A DNA stretch of 64,000 bases from sequence record ON287370.1; one strand, given 5' to 3'. Below are positions 1-9,119 of this stretch, in pieces; the stretch's first letter is position 1, and each line of letters starts with the position of its first letter. The notes below the pieces were generated by a model, which was not told the origin of the DNA, did no database searches, and saw only the letters and a list, made by a program, of their open reading frames with translations. A program made the position numbers and the translations under genes.

Positions 1-367
1 TTTTGAAAGGTTCCAGCATTTCCAGCATTTTGCCATTCAAAGTCTTACCTGACTTTTTACCAGCCACAGAGAACAGTACATCAGCAATCGGCTGGAATAC
101 TGCATAGATCTTGGCAGAAGTCAGTTTACGGATAACCTTAAAGATCTCGGTTTCCTTAGACATGATGGATTCGCATGCTGGATGGAAGAACACTTTACCG
201 ATAGTCACGCCATTCAGGTTTTCAGATGTAGGCAGATAAGTCTGCTTGTCATCAACCTTAACCGGAACTTCAGTACCAGCAAAGTTTAACATCAGTGCTG
301 CGTCTTCACCAAACACACAGCCCCAGGATTTCAGCATTGCTTCATACAGTTTATTCAGCTTGTTCAT
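1..367 (-). CDS. 5' part of conserved jumbo-phage protein (position of phiKZ gp70), runs off window
   Basis: Read manually: ATG at 367, MNKLNKLYEAMLKSWGC...KVFFHPACESIMSKE, open to base 1; follows the picA-like gene. Confidence 0.7.
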   Translation of the reverse strand, partial: MNKLNKLYEAMLKSWGCVFGEDAALMLNFAGTEVPVKVDDKQTYLPTSENLNGVTIGKVFFHPACESIMSKETEIFKVIRKLTSAKIYAVFQPIADVLFSVAGKKSGKTLNGKMLEMLEPFK

Positions 368-392
368 TATCTATATTCCAGTTTTAAATTTG

Positions 393-1940
393 TTAGCGAG
401 AGAAGTGGTTGGTGATATTGGTATAGAAGTTAGACCCAGCCAGCTGAGCTTGTTCTTTATCACCAATAACTGGGGAATAGTTATTCAACGCATAAGTCGG
501 ATATACGCGAGAACACATACCAGTAGGAACTCCAGTATCCTGCAGGTTAAACCCAGTAGACATGTTCTGATCGGTCACCCGTTGCATGTTGATGATACAA
601 GTACCAAACAGTTCGGCATTTACATCAAAACGAATCGGAGTCAAATCAGAAGTACGCAGACCATTCAGTTTAGCGAAGATCTGGTTAGTCAGTTCATCGA
701 CAAATGCTTGTACCTTATTACCAATATCAAAGTCATCTTCAGACAGAGATGCCGGACTATAAGGAAGAATAACCACGTTGCTCAGAGCACCGTCCCCACC
801 AAAGTGGTCACAGTTAGAACCACGGAAGTTGATTGCAGACAGACCATACTTGATCATCAGGTCCATGATATTCATGGTAATTTCCTGAGACACGAATTCT
901 TCAATTTGAGAAGTACCCATGCTCTCAGTGTTCTGGGTAAAATCATTTACCGCGAACTGGGCTTTATCCATGAATGTTAGATCCAGAACATCGTTCAGGT
1001 TCTCGAATGCGCACAGCAAGTCACTGATGGAATAACCAGTAAACCCACGCATCTGTGCTTGGCCCATTACATCCATCATAGAACGGAAGAAGTCATCACG
1101 CAGAAGTTGTGGTTCTTTATTGCTTGCCTGATAAGACACGGCTGCCAGATCGTTGAACATCCCATCGAACACGCTCAGGTTTTCACCCATGCTATCAACA
1201 GTATTGCTGCTCAGTTGTTGGTTACGTTGATAACCAGTACCAGCAGACAGAATGTCTTTGGCATAAGAACTTGGGTTCAGGTTATTACGTTTAGATGCAA
1301 TAACACCAACACGATCGATACTTGTTCCGGCAACACCAATCTGTGGGATAACACCAGTCAGACCTTCGTCTTCCATACGTTCCATTACATCTTGAGCACC
1401 TGCACGCTCAATGGAGAAATCGATGACGTCATTCGGTCGCATGGAAACCATACCCTGAGCCTGAGAACCATCGTTCAAGAGATAATCAGTACGACCGCCA
1501 ATCATCCGACGAGTGGTAGTTGGAGTATCCCCACCCAGGAAGTTAGCTGTAATGGTTTCATGAGTCTTCCAGCTCATTACCGGTGTGAACACTGCATCAG
1601 TAGTCAGACCTTGGTCGGAACCGTTATTGGTGACATAACCGATAACGTGCATATATTCTACAGCTACCGGAGAATCCTGAGTGATGAAGTCCAGCATCAT
1701 CAAACCTTTGGATTCATTCCAACCACCCATGATATTAGCAAAATCAGTTGCCTGTGCATTCAGACCACCAGAATAAACCGCAACCATTTGCAGGGTTGCT
1801 GGATTTACACCACCCATCAGGTTTTCTTCAGTCAGCTGATCGATCAGAGTTGGATCGATATCCATCGCTGCATTTCGGATTACTTGTTGGTGATAGTAGT
1901 TAGTCAGACCAGCGCGTGCTTTTACCAGAGTCATGTTCAT
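393..1940 (-). CDS. picA: PicA/Imp1-like nuclear import factor (position of phiKZ gp69)
   Basis: 515 aa directly after the gp68-like gene in the chimallin block; assignment by synteny and size only. Confidence 0.6.
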   Translation of the reverse strand: MNMTLVKARAGLTNYYHQQVIRNAAMDIDPTLIDQLTEENLMGGVNPATLQMVAVYSGGLNAQATDFANIMGGWNESKGLMMLDFITQDSPVAVEYMHVIGYVTNNGSDQGLTTDAVFTPVMSWKTHETITANFLGGDTPTTTRRMIGGRTDYLLNDGSQAQGMVSMRPNDVIDFSIERAGAQDVMERMEDEGLTGVIPQIGVAGTSIDRVGVIASKRNNLNPSSYAKDILSAGTGYQRNQQLSSNTVDSMGENLSVFDGMFNDLAAVSYQASNKEPQLLRDDFFRSMMDVMGQAQMRGFTGYSISDLLCAFENLNDVLDLTFMDKAQFAVNDFTQNTESMGTSQIEEFVSQEITMNIMDLMIKYGLSAINFRGSNCDHFGGDGALSNVVILPYSPASLSEDDFDIGNKVQAFVDELTNQIFAKLNGLRTSDLTPIRFDVNAELFGTCIINMQRVTDQNMSTGFNLQDTGVPTGMCSRVYPTYALNNYSPVIGDKEQAQLAGSNFYTNITNHFSR

Positions 1941-3580
1941 TATTCAGCTTCCTTCTCTTCTACAGTGTTTGTCAGTTTAACCAATTCCAGGAGTTCGCGT
2001 TTCATTTCAGGTACAAGATCAAGTTGATACATTTGACCAGAAGCCATCGCGTTTACGAATTTCTCATTACCCAACAGCCCAGGCTCGATAGTGGAGTCCC
2101 AACCGGAGGTACTGAGTTCGTCCAGGAAATCAGATACAGATTTAACTAAGATGTTTTCAGTAGTGGATACAGATTGACCCACATAAATGTCACACATCTC
2201 AGTCAGCATTTCACGATCTTTAGTGGACAACTTAAAGTCATCATCCAAGAACGCTACTGGATAACTAGGATTACGAACAATCGAACACAGACATGCCAGA
2301 TGCTCAAATCCCATTTCAAACAGTTTCACTTGAGCCAGACAGATAGCTGCCATGAGCTGGTCATAGTTCAGGACCGGAATCAGGTTATAGTTAATGTCGT
2401 CGATGAATGCCAGTTGCAGTAACTTCATATGGATGGAATTCAAACGGAAATCCCAAACACGTGGAAGTGTATTGAACAGACGTTCTGCCAGGAACTGGTT
2501 CTTAACGCCCAGACCTAAACATTGATGACTGAAGAAGTCCTTTGGCTTTTTCAGATAGTTAACAACCGGGTTACCCCATTGATCTTGAGTATGTTCTTCG
2601 ATATACAAATCGAATGTGAAATACTCAGCCTGCGCAATTTCATCGGTGCCGTTTACTGCCTGAGTGATTCGGAAAGATTCTGGAATCGATTGATCATCAG
2701 AACCTGGTTTTGGATCTTTATAAGTTTTGAACTTAATATCAGACCCGCCACGAATCTCACCTTCTACCAAACTGTTCAGTTCTTTAGAAAGGTTCTTGCC
2801 ATTGATCTTGCTTGGCAGGAAAGTCAGACACAGTTTGTTAAACAAACCTTTATATACGATATAGTCAATATACTTAACATCACTGACCACACTGATACTA
2901 TTGCGTCTTGCTTCCTGACGGATGCAGGATGCCCGAACATATGTGTCGAGAATCTTCCAGCCATCCATAGCGGTTAGTGCTTCAATACGAGAGATCAAAC
3001 CACCCGCAATTGCATCTTTACCATCTTTACCTGCAATACCAGATACGTGATCCAGAAGCTGGTTAATGATCGGGAAGGACAGCTGGCCTGCAAATGCAAA
3101 CTTCACCAGTTCTTCATACTTCATGTTATCGATGGTTGTTTCTTCTGGATAATCACCCAGGGAAGACATTGCCATCAGATCTTTCGGAGCTTTACAACGC
3201 CCGGTCACCATTGCACCATAAGCTACTTCATTAGGTGCGATAGTGTTATAGATCTCACGAATGATCGGCTCCAGTTTATCTTGCAGATAACGATAGTCAC
3301 CATTATTCTTTCTGAGTTCAGACAGTTCTGCAGAATCGACTTCATCGAAATAACCTGGCTCCAGAATCTTCTTACCTTGTTTAAGAAGATCCCACAGTTT
3401 GTCGATTTTCTTCTGCTGACAACCTTCGAAGAACTCATTCAGATATTCAAACAGCTCTTGGTCAGCATCCCCACCATTTACTTTCTGAATACCACGGAAG
3501 ATAATCTCTTCACCTTTATAACTTACAATAATGGCGTCAATGTTTTTCTTGCCGCTCATTCGGATATCATAACGTAGCAT
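1940..3580 (-). CDS. Non-virion RNA polymerase promoter-specificity (sigma-like) subunit, phiKZ gp68-like
   Basis: 546 aa from ATG 3580 with GGAGGA RBS; lies between ChmC-like and PicA-like genes as in phiKZ gp67-68-69. Confidence 0.6.
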   Translation of the reverse strand: MLRYDIRMSGKKNIDAIIVSYKGEEIIFRGIQKVNGGDADQELFEYLNEFFEGCQQKKIDKLWDLLKQGKKILEPGYFDEVDSAELSELRKNNGDYRYLQDKLEPIIREIYNTIAPNEVAYGAMVTGRCKAPKDLMAMSSLGDYPEETTIDNMKYEELVKFAFAGQLSFPIINQLLDHVSGIAGKDGKDAIAGGLISRIEALTAMDGWKILDTYVRASCIRQEARRNSISVVSDVKYIDYIVYKGLFNKLCLTFLPSKINGKNLSKELNSLVEGEIRGGSDIKFKTYKDPKPGSDDQSIPESFRITQAVNGTDEIAQAEYFTFDLYIEEHTQDQWGNPVVNYLKKPKDFFSHQCLGLGVKNQFLAERLFNTLPRVWDFRLNSIHMKLLQLAFIDDINYNLIPVLNYDQLMAAICLAQVKLFEMGFEHLACLCSIVRNPSYPVAFLDDDFKLSTKDREMLTEMCDIYVGQSVSTTENILVKSVSDFLDELSTSGWDSTIEPGLLGNEKFVNAMASGQMYQLDLVPEMKRELLELVKLTNTVEEKEAE

Positions 3581-3625
3581 TGCACATCCTCCTAAACTAA
3601 ATTCATTTATGTTCATACACTCTAA

Positions 3626-3645
3626 TAATATCTGTTTCAACATTT
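3626..3645 (-). promoter_or_regulatory. Early (virion RNAP) promoter
   Basis: Minus strand AAATGTTGAAACAGATATTA; resembles phiKZ early TATATTAC-type motif; same pattern at 8 other gene starts. Confidence 0.65.
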
Positions 3646-3719
3646 ATAGACATTACAAAAATGAATTGACAGGATATGGATCGTAGAGTTATTAATTAAA
3701 ATAACAAAACAAACATAGA

Positions 3720-3745
3720 GAGAGTATCCCCGAAGGGATACTCTC
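3720..3745 (-). terminator. Intrinsic terminator after chmC-like gene
   Basis: GAGAGTATCCC/GGGATACTCTC 11-bp stem, UUCG loop on minus strand, U-rich tail. Confidence 0.8.
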
Positions 3746-3765
3746 GATTATGAATTAGTTAGGCA

Positions 3766-4536
3766 TCAAAAGTCGATGTCATCATCGAAATCATTAGCTG
3801 GAGCTGAGCGAGTTTGACCAGAAGACTGGTTGTTATTACCGCCATTACCACCCCAACTATTGTTATTGCCACCACCTTGGTTATTCCCACCCCAAGAGTT
3901 ACCGCCGCCTTGACGACCACCGCCGTTATTGTTCTCACCTTTCTTCTCTTTAGGTTTGTAGTTATCCCATTCATACTGATCCATGAACTTACGAGAGAAA
4001 TCGATGAAAGCTTTGCAATAAACACGGGACATCAGACCACGGTCTTCAGTTGGTTCACCACCGTTAGAAGAAACCAGGATAGTGGATTCATAAGGAGAGG
4101 TGAATGGGAACATTACTTTGTAAGTTCCTTTGGAATAACCAACCAGGATACGACCATGTTGATCACGGATAACAGTGAAAGTACCCAGAGTGGATGGATG
4201 ATCGTTCAGGCGACCGCCAGAACCAAACTGTACTTTCTTAACATGGTACTGAGCCTTGGTGAAGTTAGGATCATTGATCGCATTCTCCATCAGGTTTAAC
4301 AACGCACCACGGTCAAATACCGACAGTTCAACTTCTTTAGATTTAGCATTGCGATCATCTTTACCCCAAATACCATCATTGACTTTGAAGTAGATGTTGC
4401 CGTTCAGACCGAAGTCCCAAACCCAACGAGCTGGATACTTAGCACCTTCAACTGGTTTGTCAGAGGTAGGCATCGGATAACGGAAGTCGTTGAACATGGT
4501 CTGTGGACGACGTACGAAGTTTTGTTGCTGGCCCAT
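3766..4536 (-). CDS. chmC: ChmC-like nucleic-acid-binding protein (position of phiKZ gp67) with Gly/Asn-rich tail and SSB-like acidic tip
   Basis: 256 aa; globular N-terminus, GGNSWGGNN repeats, ends DFDDDIDF; synteny upstream of gp68-like gene. Confidence 0.6.
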   Translation of the reverse strand: MGQQQNFVRRPQTMFNDFRYPMPTSDKPVEGAKYPARWVWDFGLNGNIYFKVNDGIWGKDDRNAKSKEVELSVFDRGALLNLMENAINDPNFTKAQYHVKKVQFGSGGRLNDHPSTLGTFTVIRDQHGRILVGYSKGTYKVMFPFTSPYESTILVSSNGGEPTEDRGLMSRVYCKAFIDFSRKFMDQYEWDNYKPKEKKGENNNGGGRQGGGNSWGGNNQGGGNNNSWGGNGGNNNQSSGQTRSAPANDFDDDIDF

Positions 4537-4550
4537 AATAAGTTCCTTAT

Positions 4551-5345
4551 TTAAATCATTTTGAGTAGAATTTGTTTCTCTGGTGTATTGCCCAGAGATC
4601 GGATTGATCTTGCTACTAATGAAGGCGTTGATGCAGTACTCCAGCGTGCAGTATCCGCCAACATTTTAACTTCATTCTTCACACCTAATGACTGAGAGTA
4701 GAAGTTTGTAGATTTGTCTCCAAATATCTGTATCGTCAGTTTATTAAAAGGTATGTTTGTAAATTTATCAGAACCTGTTAACTTGGTGTAGAACAATGTG
4801 TAGTTCTTGATTGCACCAGTATGAGACTCTAATAGATTAAGCCTGGCGTAAGAATCAGTCGTTACTAAATCGACCGGATGGTGAGTGATAATCAAAGCGT
4901 CATGAGTAAACTGAGGAATCTTGGAATCCGTCTTAAGGATACTATCTCCAAACTCCTTTAAGATGTTGGTTGCAACATCCTTATCCAGCCTAGCCAATTT
5001 CTTTTGGTTATCATTCCCATCTTTCTCAACGTCTTTAAGTTTTGCTAAAGGGAATAATCTTGGTAACGATAGATAGCTAGGGTAGTAAAACTTTAATTCT
5101 AAAACCGTCTTTATCTTCATTGCGACTATTGCTTCAGCTATCCCGATGATGTCTTCCTTGACTGCTTGGGTTAATTCCTTAACCGTCGGAACGTAATCAT
5201 CGTAAGCTTGTCTAGCATTACGGATAATCGTCCTGAGATTCACCAGGAGGGCGCCATACTTATGCATGGCTGTCCCAGGTAGAACTTCTATAGCAAGCGC
5301 CGTACCGACGCTTATAGGAAGTGTACCTTTAGTTCTTTCAATCAT
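4551..5345 (-). CDS. Conserved jumbo-phage protein, possibly degenerate PIN/FEN (5'-3' exonuclease) fold
   Basis: 264 aa; LLVNLRTIIRNARQAY and LIITHHPVDL resemble FEN/RNase H motifs; overlaps the SbcD-like gene. Confidence 0.4.
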   Translation of the reverse strand: MIERTKGTLPISVGTALAIEVLPGTAMHKYGALLVNLRTIIRNARQAYDDYVPTVKELTQAVKEDIIGIAEAIVAMKIKTVLELKFYYPSYLSLPRLFPLAKLKDVEKDGNDNQKKLARLDKDVATNILKEFGDSILKTDSKIPQFTHDALIITHHPVDLVTTDSYARLNLLESHTGAIKNYTLFYTKLTGSDKFTNIPFNKLTIQIFGDKSTNFYSQSLGVKNEVKMLADTARWSTASTPSLVARSIRSLGNTPEKQILLKMI

Positions 5346-6474
5346 TCTCCATTACCTCTGATAGGAGTTCCTTCAACAAATCACGATCAATATCGTCATT
5401 CTGCTGTAAGGTAGACTCCATGAAGTTAAACAAACTATCCTGAAGGTTCAACTTGGTCAGAGATACCCCTTTGTACATTTCTGGTGTATACAAGGTATCA
5501 TCAACTTCGATGTTATCCTCTTTAACATTATCCAGATCAAAATGATACTGAGGGTATTGTTCTTTATAATCGTTAATTAAAGAACCGGTAACGGAGGCCA
5601 AACCACCAACCAAACGAATATGTGTGTTCTTAGGTGGGTTCTTAGCTAAGTAGTTATTCAGTTCCCTTTGAATCTCTTTAGCGCCCATCTCACGATTGAT
5701 AAGGATTTTGTCATAGATCAAGGCATTCTTGTTCTCCCAGAACTCTGCCTTAAAATCATCCTTACCCCACCAGAACTTATAACCACCTTTAGGATGCATT
5801 TCACCAAAGGCTGTACGGTCAAAGCTACCGCCACAATAGATATTCAGTTTATGACTTGGTTTATGAATATGACCACTGAATATGGCTTTCTTGGCTAAAG
5901 CAGACCATTTGACTGAATCATACAAAGATCCATTCTTATTAGCAATTGGAGGAAGTTGATAATCAAATCCACCATGCAACAGAATAAAGTCAACTTGTTT
6001 AAGACCTGCGCCAGCCAGAAGTTTCAGAGCATCTTCGTAAATAAGTTCAGTAGACTTATGACCGAAGTTATCAGGGACGTACATAACGTTGATATCTAGC
6101 TCTGGAATATACTCAATAGACAGTGTGTTAACGTACTTAATGTACGGAGTATCCTTAGGTTTAAGGATATCAAATATTTCAGGTTGACCCCAGTCATGGG
6201 AAGAAGTCCCTTCAAGTATACGAACATGAACTTTCTTATCATGACATATTTGAAGGTGCTTTTTAATCCAGCGCTGACAGAGCATCATGTTTGGATCATT
6301 AGCTGGTGCTAAATCATGGAAGAAGTCACCAGTTAATATATTAAAGTCAACTTCGTCAAGGTTCAGTTCCTTATAGTAGAACTGATCAAGGTTACCCAAG
6401 ATATGACGAGTTGGAGTATGTGGGTGCAGACAGTGATGGTCCGTGGTCTGTACACCGAAGAAATTTTCTTTCAT
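5338..6474 (-). CDS. SbcD/Mre11-like metallophosphoesterase nuclease
   Basis: Calcineurin-like motifs TDHH, GDFFHD, GTSSHDWG, HGGF, SGHIHK. Confidence 0.85.
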   Translation of the reverse strand: MKENFFGVQTTDHHCLHPHTPTRHILGNLDQFYYKELNLDEVDFNILTGDFFHDLAPANDPNMMLCQRWIKKHLQICHDKKVHVRILEGTSSHDWGQPEIFDILKPKDTPYIKYVNTLSIEYIPELDINVMYVPDNFGHKSTELIYEDALKLLAGAGLKQVDFILLHGGFDYQLPPIANKNGSLYDSVKWSALAKKAIFSGHIHKPSHKLNIYCGGSFDRTAFGEMHPKGGYKFWWGKDDFKAEFWENKNALIYDKILINREMGAKEIQRELNNYLAKNPPKNTHIRLVGGLASVTGSLINDYKEQYPQYHFDLDNVKEDNIEVDDTLYTPEMYKGVSLTKLNLQDSLFNFMESTLQQNDDIDRDLLKELLSEVMEND

Positions 6475-6500
6475 ATGTTTCCTCTACACCCACAAGCTTA

Positions 6501-7337
6501 TTATTCAGCTAATGGATCGAAATCGGCTGCCTGATCAGATTCGGCAGTTTGGTTAACTTTATCTTCTACCTTATTAGGGTTCTCGTCGAAAATAAAATCA
6601 CCATTAGTAACTTCGGTAACCAAAGCTTTCTCTTTTGCAGTGACAGGTTCCATTCGTGCATGTTTATACAGAATGGCTTCTACTTCTTTCATGATCTCAC
6701 AATCTGGTTCGATTGGTTCACCATTGATTTTGTAGTTGTCACGAATATAGATGACTTGTTTAACCACAGTTGGATCTACGCCATTACGTAGGTAGTATTC
6801 CAAAGGAATCATAGCGGTCAATGTATCGTAGTCTGGATTCTGACTAGTGATGACTTTAACTGCTTCAGCAAAACGATTAACCAACTCATCAGCCTCTTCC
6901 TTATTAGGAATGAATTTAGCATCAGAAGCTTGGCCGGCCACATCTTGCAGATGGTGTTTCTGCATGTAGTTCAAATCCATATCAATAAACTTACGGATCA
7001 GTACCACAGGCTGCTTATCTTCATTAAGAACAATAACGCCCTTAGTGAAAGCATTAGTCAAACGAGACCAGGCTTCATGGTTGAAGTAGTTCTTTTCACC
7101 GACATGACCGATAGCAAACTGAACCAACCAGTTATCAATGAAGTATTTCTCTTCCATAAGAACATATTCAATAAACTCGCCATCTGGAGTTTGGATTACA
7201 TTCTTACCAGCGATTTCGACAGACTTAAAAGCATCTGTCATGAATTCAATTAATTTACCATGTTTGGATTTGTCGATATTATCAAACTGAGTTTTATCTA
7301 CCACGTTAACCGCCTCTACCTTTATCAATGAGTTCAT
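6501..7337 (-). CDS. Conserved hypothetical protein of the chimallin block
   Basis: 278 aa ORF, co-oriented, tight packing. Confidence 0.75.
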   Translation of the reverse strand: MNSLIKVEAVNVVDKTQFDNIDKSKHGKLIEFMTDAFKSVEIAGKNVIQTPDGEFIEYVLMEEKYFIDNWLVQFAIGHVGEKNYFNHEAWSRLTNAFTKGVIVLNEDKQPVVLIRKFIDMDLNYMQKHHLQDVAGQASDAKFIPNKEEADELVNRFAEAVKVITSQNPDYDTLTAMIPLEYYLRNGVDPTVVKQVIYIRDNYKINGEPIEPDCEIMKEVEAILYKHARMEPVTAKEKALVTEVTNGDFIFDENPNKVEDKVNQTAESDQAADFDPLAE

Positions 7338-7713
7338 AAGTACTACCGTTAATCAGAACGGAGTTACTGAGTTCATATTCCTTGCCATCTTGGAAAACAA
7401 CACCAGAGAGTACCAAGGTAAACATTTTATCTTCTGGATTATCACGCTTAGCCCAGGCATCAACAGAACACCCTTCGAAGCACTCCAGTAAATATGCCTG
7501 AAGGTTATTTTTTATATCTTCCAGTAACTTGTCTTCATTCTTTTTATCGTCTTGGTGTTTGGCGATGACGTACTGATAAGAGTGAATGTTACGGAGTATG
7601 AGACATTGGTCAATACGGTTAGCAAACCAGTATGCAATAAGTCTATCTATCTTGATGGTGGGTTCGGTAATAAACCCTAAGGTATCCATCGTTCCCACTA
7701 CACCTTTGGACAT
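7306..7713 (-). CDS. Hypothetical protein, possibly gp25-like baseplate fold
   Basis: 135 aa, GAGG RBS; alpha/beta pattern loosely like T4 gp25. Confidence 0.55.
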   Translation of the reverse strand: MSKGVVGTMDTLGFITEPTIKIDRLIAYWFANRIDQCLILRNIHSYQYVIAKHQDDKKNEDKLLEDIKNNLQAYLLECFEGCSVDAWAKRDNPEDKMFTLVLSGVVFQDGKEYELSNSVLINGSTYELIDKGRGG

Positions 7714-7780
7714 TTTGACTTCCTCTATATAAAGCTAATCAAAATATGAAAACAAAAAAAAATAAACAAGCAGATAATAA

Positions 7781-7808
7781 CAGGATCTCCCAATTACGGG
7801 AGATCCTG
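7781..7808 (-). terminator. Intrinsic terminator
   Basis: CAGGATCTCCC/GGGAGATCCTG stem followed by U-rich run on minus strand. Confidence 0.75.
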
Positions 7809-7816
7809 GTTATGAC

Positions 7817-7984
7817 TTATTTATTGCGAGTAGCCATTGGACGGTTAGATTCGCGATTATTGATGAACTGAATCACTGCCGCTTTGATACCATAATAAGC
7901 AGCTGTGCCAAATACCAGAGCACCAACACCGGAGAAGAATGCAGAACCGATTACTACTGAGTCATGTGGGCTGTTAAAGAACAT
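7817..7984 (-). CDS. Small single-pass membrane protein
   Basis: 55 aa from ATG 7984 (AGAGAG RBS), hydrophobic VVIGSAFFSGVGALVFGTAAYYGI; own promoter and terminator. Confidence 0.6.
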   Translation of the reverse strand: MFFNSPHDSVVIGSAFFSGVGALVFGTAAYYGIKAAVIQFINNRESNRPMATRNK

Positions 7985-8039
7985 AATTAGTTTCTCTCTA
8001 TAGTTAATTAAGTTTAAACTGTTTAGGTTTATCACTTAA

Positions 8040-8066
8040 GTAATATAGGTCTGAAATGAAATACAA
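8040..8066 (-). promoter_or_regulatory. Early promoter
   Basis: Minus strand TTGTATTTCATTTCAGACCTATATTAC, contains exact TATATTAC. Confidence 0.7.
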
Positions 8067-8128
8067 GTGAATATGAATCCACTCTCCTACCAGATCCCTC
8101 TACTAAATCATCCTTACAGCGCCCATGC

Positions 8129-8596
8129 TTAAATACCACAGTGTTCCCAAGTCTCATTGCACAGAGTAATTGTTTCAGGAAGTTTACCTTCCGCCAACAT
8201 CTTCTCTAATATAGGTGCAAGGATATCGGTATCTTTACCGTAGCATAATGATACGTGTAACAGAAGGTCGTCATAAGAATGTTGGAAACCTTCATCCAGT
8301 AGCTGCTTGAAGCGGTTTTGGATAGCTGGGGACTCCAGTACCAAAGCTGCCGCATACCACTTAGAACCAGGTTCTCCTAAAGTCTTTACGCCTTTAATCT
8401 TGGCCTTGTAAACCGACTTAGATTTAGAAGGGAAGATATCAGGATTCCGTTCATCGTACATTATTGTAGCATGGAGCTTGTTGGCAGGAATAAGATCTAA
8501 AGGTTGTTCAACCTCAGCAGAGTCGATGGCCTTTTGAATCTTAATCCCGGTGTTAAGGTCAACCTGTAATTCACAGTAACCAAAGTTAGACATCAT
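8129..8596 (-). CDS. acb1: Acb1-like (T4 57B family) 2H phosphoesterase, anti-CBASS nuclease
   Basis: Two HxT/S motifs: IPANKLHATIMY and YDDLLLHVSLCY align with T4 57B VPREKIHSTICY and FDDYTPHITLSY; LVLES and size 155 aa match. Confidence 0.85.
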   Translation of the reverse strand: MMSNFGYCELQVDLNTGIKIQKAIDSAEVEQPLDLIPANKLHATIMYDERNPDIFPSKSKSVYKAKIKGVKTLGEPGSKWYAAALVLESPAIQNRFKQLLDEGFQHSYDDLLLHVSLCYGKDTDILAPILEKMLAEGKLPETITLCNETWEHCGI

Positions 8597-9049
8597 TTAC
8601 TCCGCATCAGTGTTAGAAACACCACGAGCTATTCTGTCATCTACGCGAGCTTTAAGTGCAACCAAAGCACCACGTAAACATTCGATAGCTTTATCATTAT
8701 GGATGGACTGGAACTTACCTTTGTTCTGACCTTCTAAGCGATTCAGTGCAATTGCAATGAGTGCTTCGTTAGTCAAACCATTGGCACCAGTTTGTTCATC
8801 CACAAATCCACTTTGGAAGTTGATGCGCCCAACTTTATCGCCTTTAAGGTTATAGACTTTAAAGTTATTAAGATCATCAGACTTACGTTTGACAACAACT
8901 AGACCGTCTTTATGAATATCCACATTACCCTCTTTATCGGTAGCATGTTGAATGATAAAAGTCCGTTTCTGTTCTCTTGATAATCCTGGAGGACAAGTAA
9001 TGCGTTCAGACTTCAAACACTCATCCATACGTTCAGTATCAAAAATCAT
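8597..9049 (-). CDS. tad1: Tad1-family cyclic-nucleotide/gcADPR sponge
   Basis: C-terminal [51 protein letters not shown] matches Tad1 IKFQKG..GVIDSDLLEIVRDRL..GPFSSRENACAL..RVEDRIERNV. Confidence 0.75.
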   Translation of the reverse strand: MIFDTERMDECLKSERITCPPGLSREQKRTFIIQHATDKEGNVDIHKDGLVVVKRKSDDLNNFKVYNLKGDKVGRINFQSGFVDEQTGANGLTNEALIAIALNRLEGQNKGKFQSIHNDKAIECLRGALVALKARVDDRIARGVSNTDAE

Positions 9050-9119
9050 ATTTTCTCACAAAAAAAAATAAGAACCTGAATAAAAGCAACAGGGTGTTTC
9101 CACCCCATTGCTATTTCAG

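Noticed and set aside
246-2977. Long plus-strand ORFs (244, 322, 151 aa) and similar shadows at 47262, 52866 and 57576
   Set aside because: Fully overlap convincing opposite-strand genes; shadow ORFs
8597-9049. Acb2 assignment
   Set aside because: Motifs match Tad1, not the Acb2 DLSQEEI..WLAIGKT pattern
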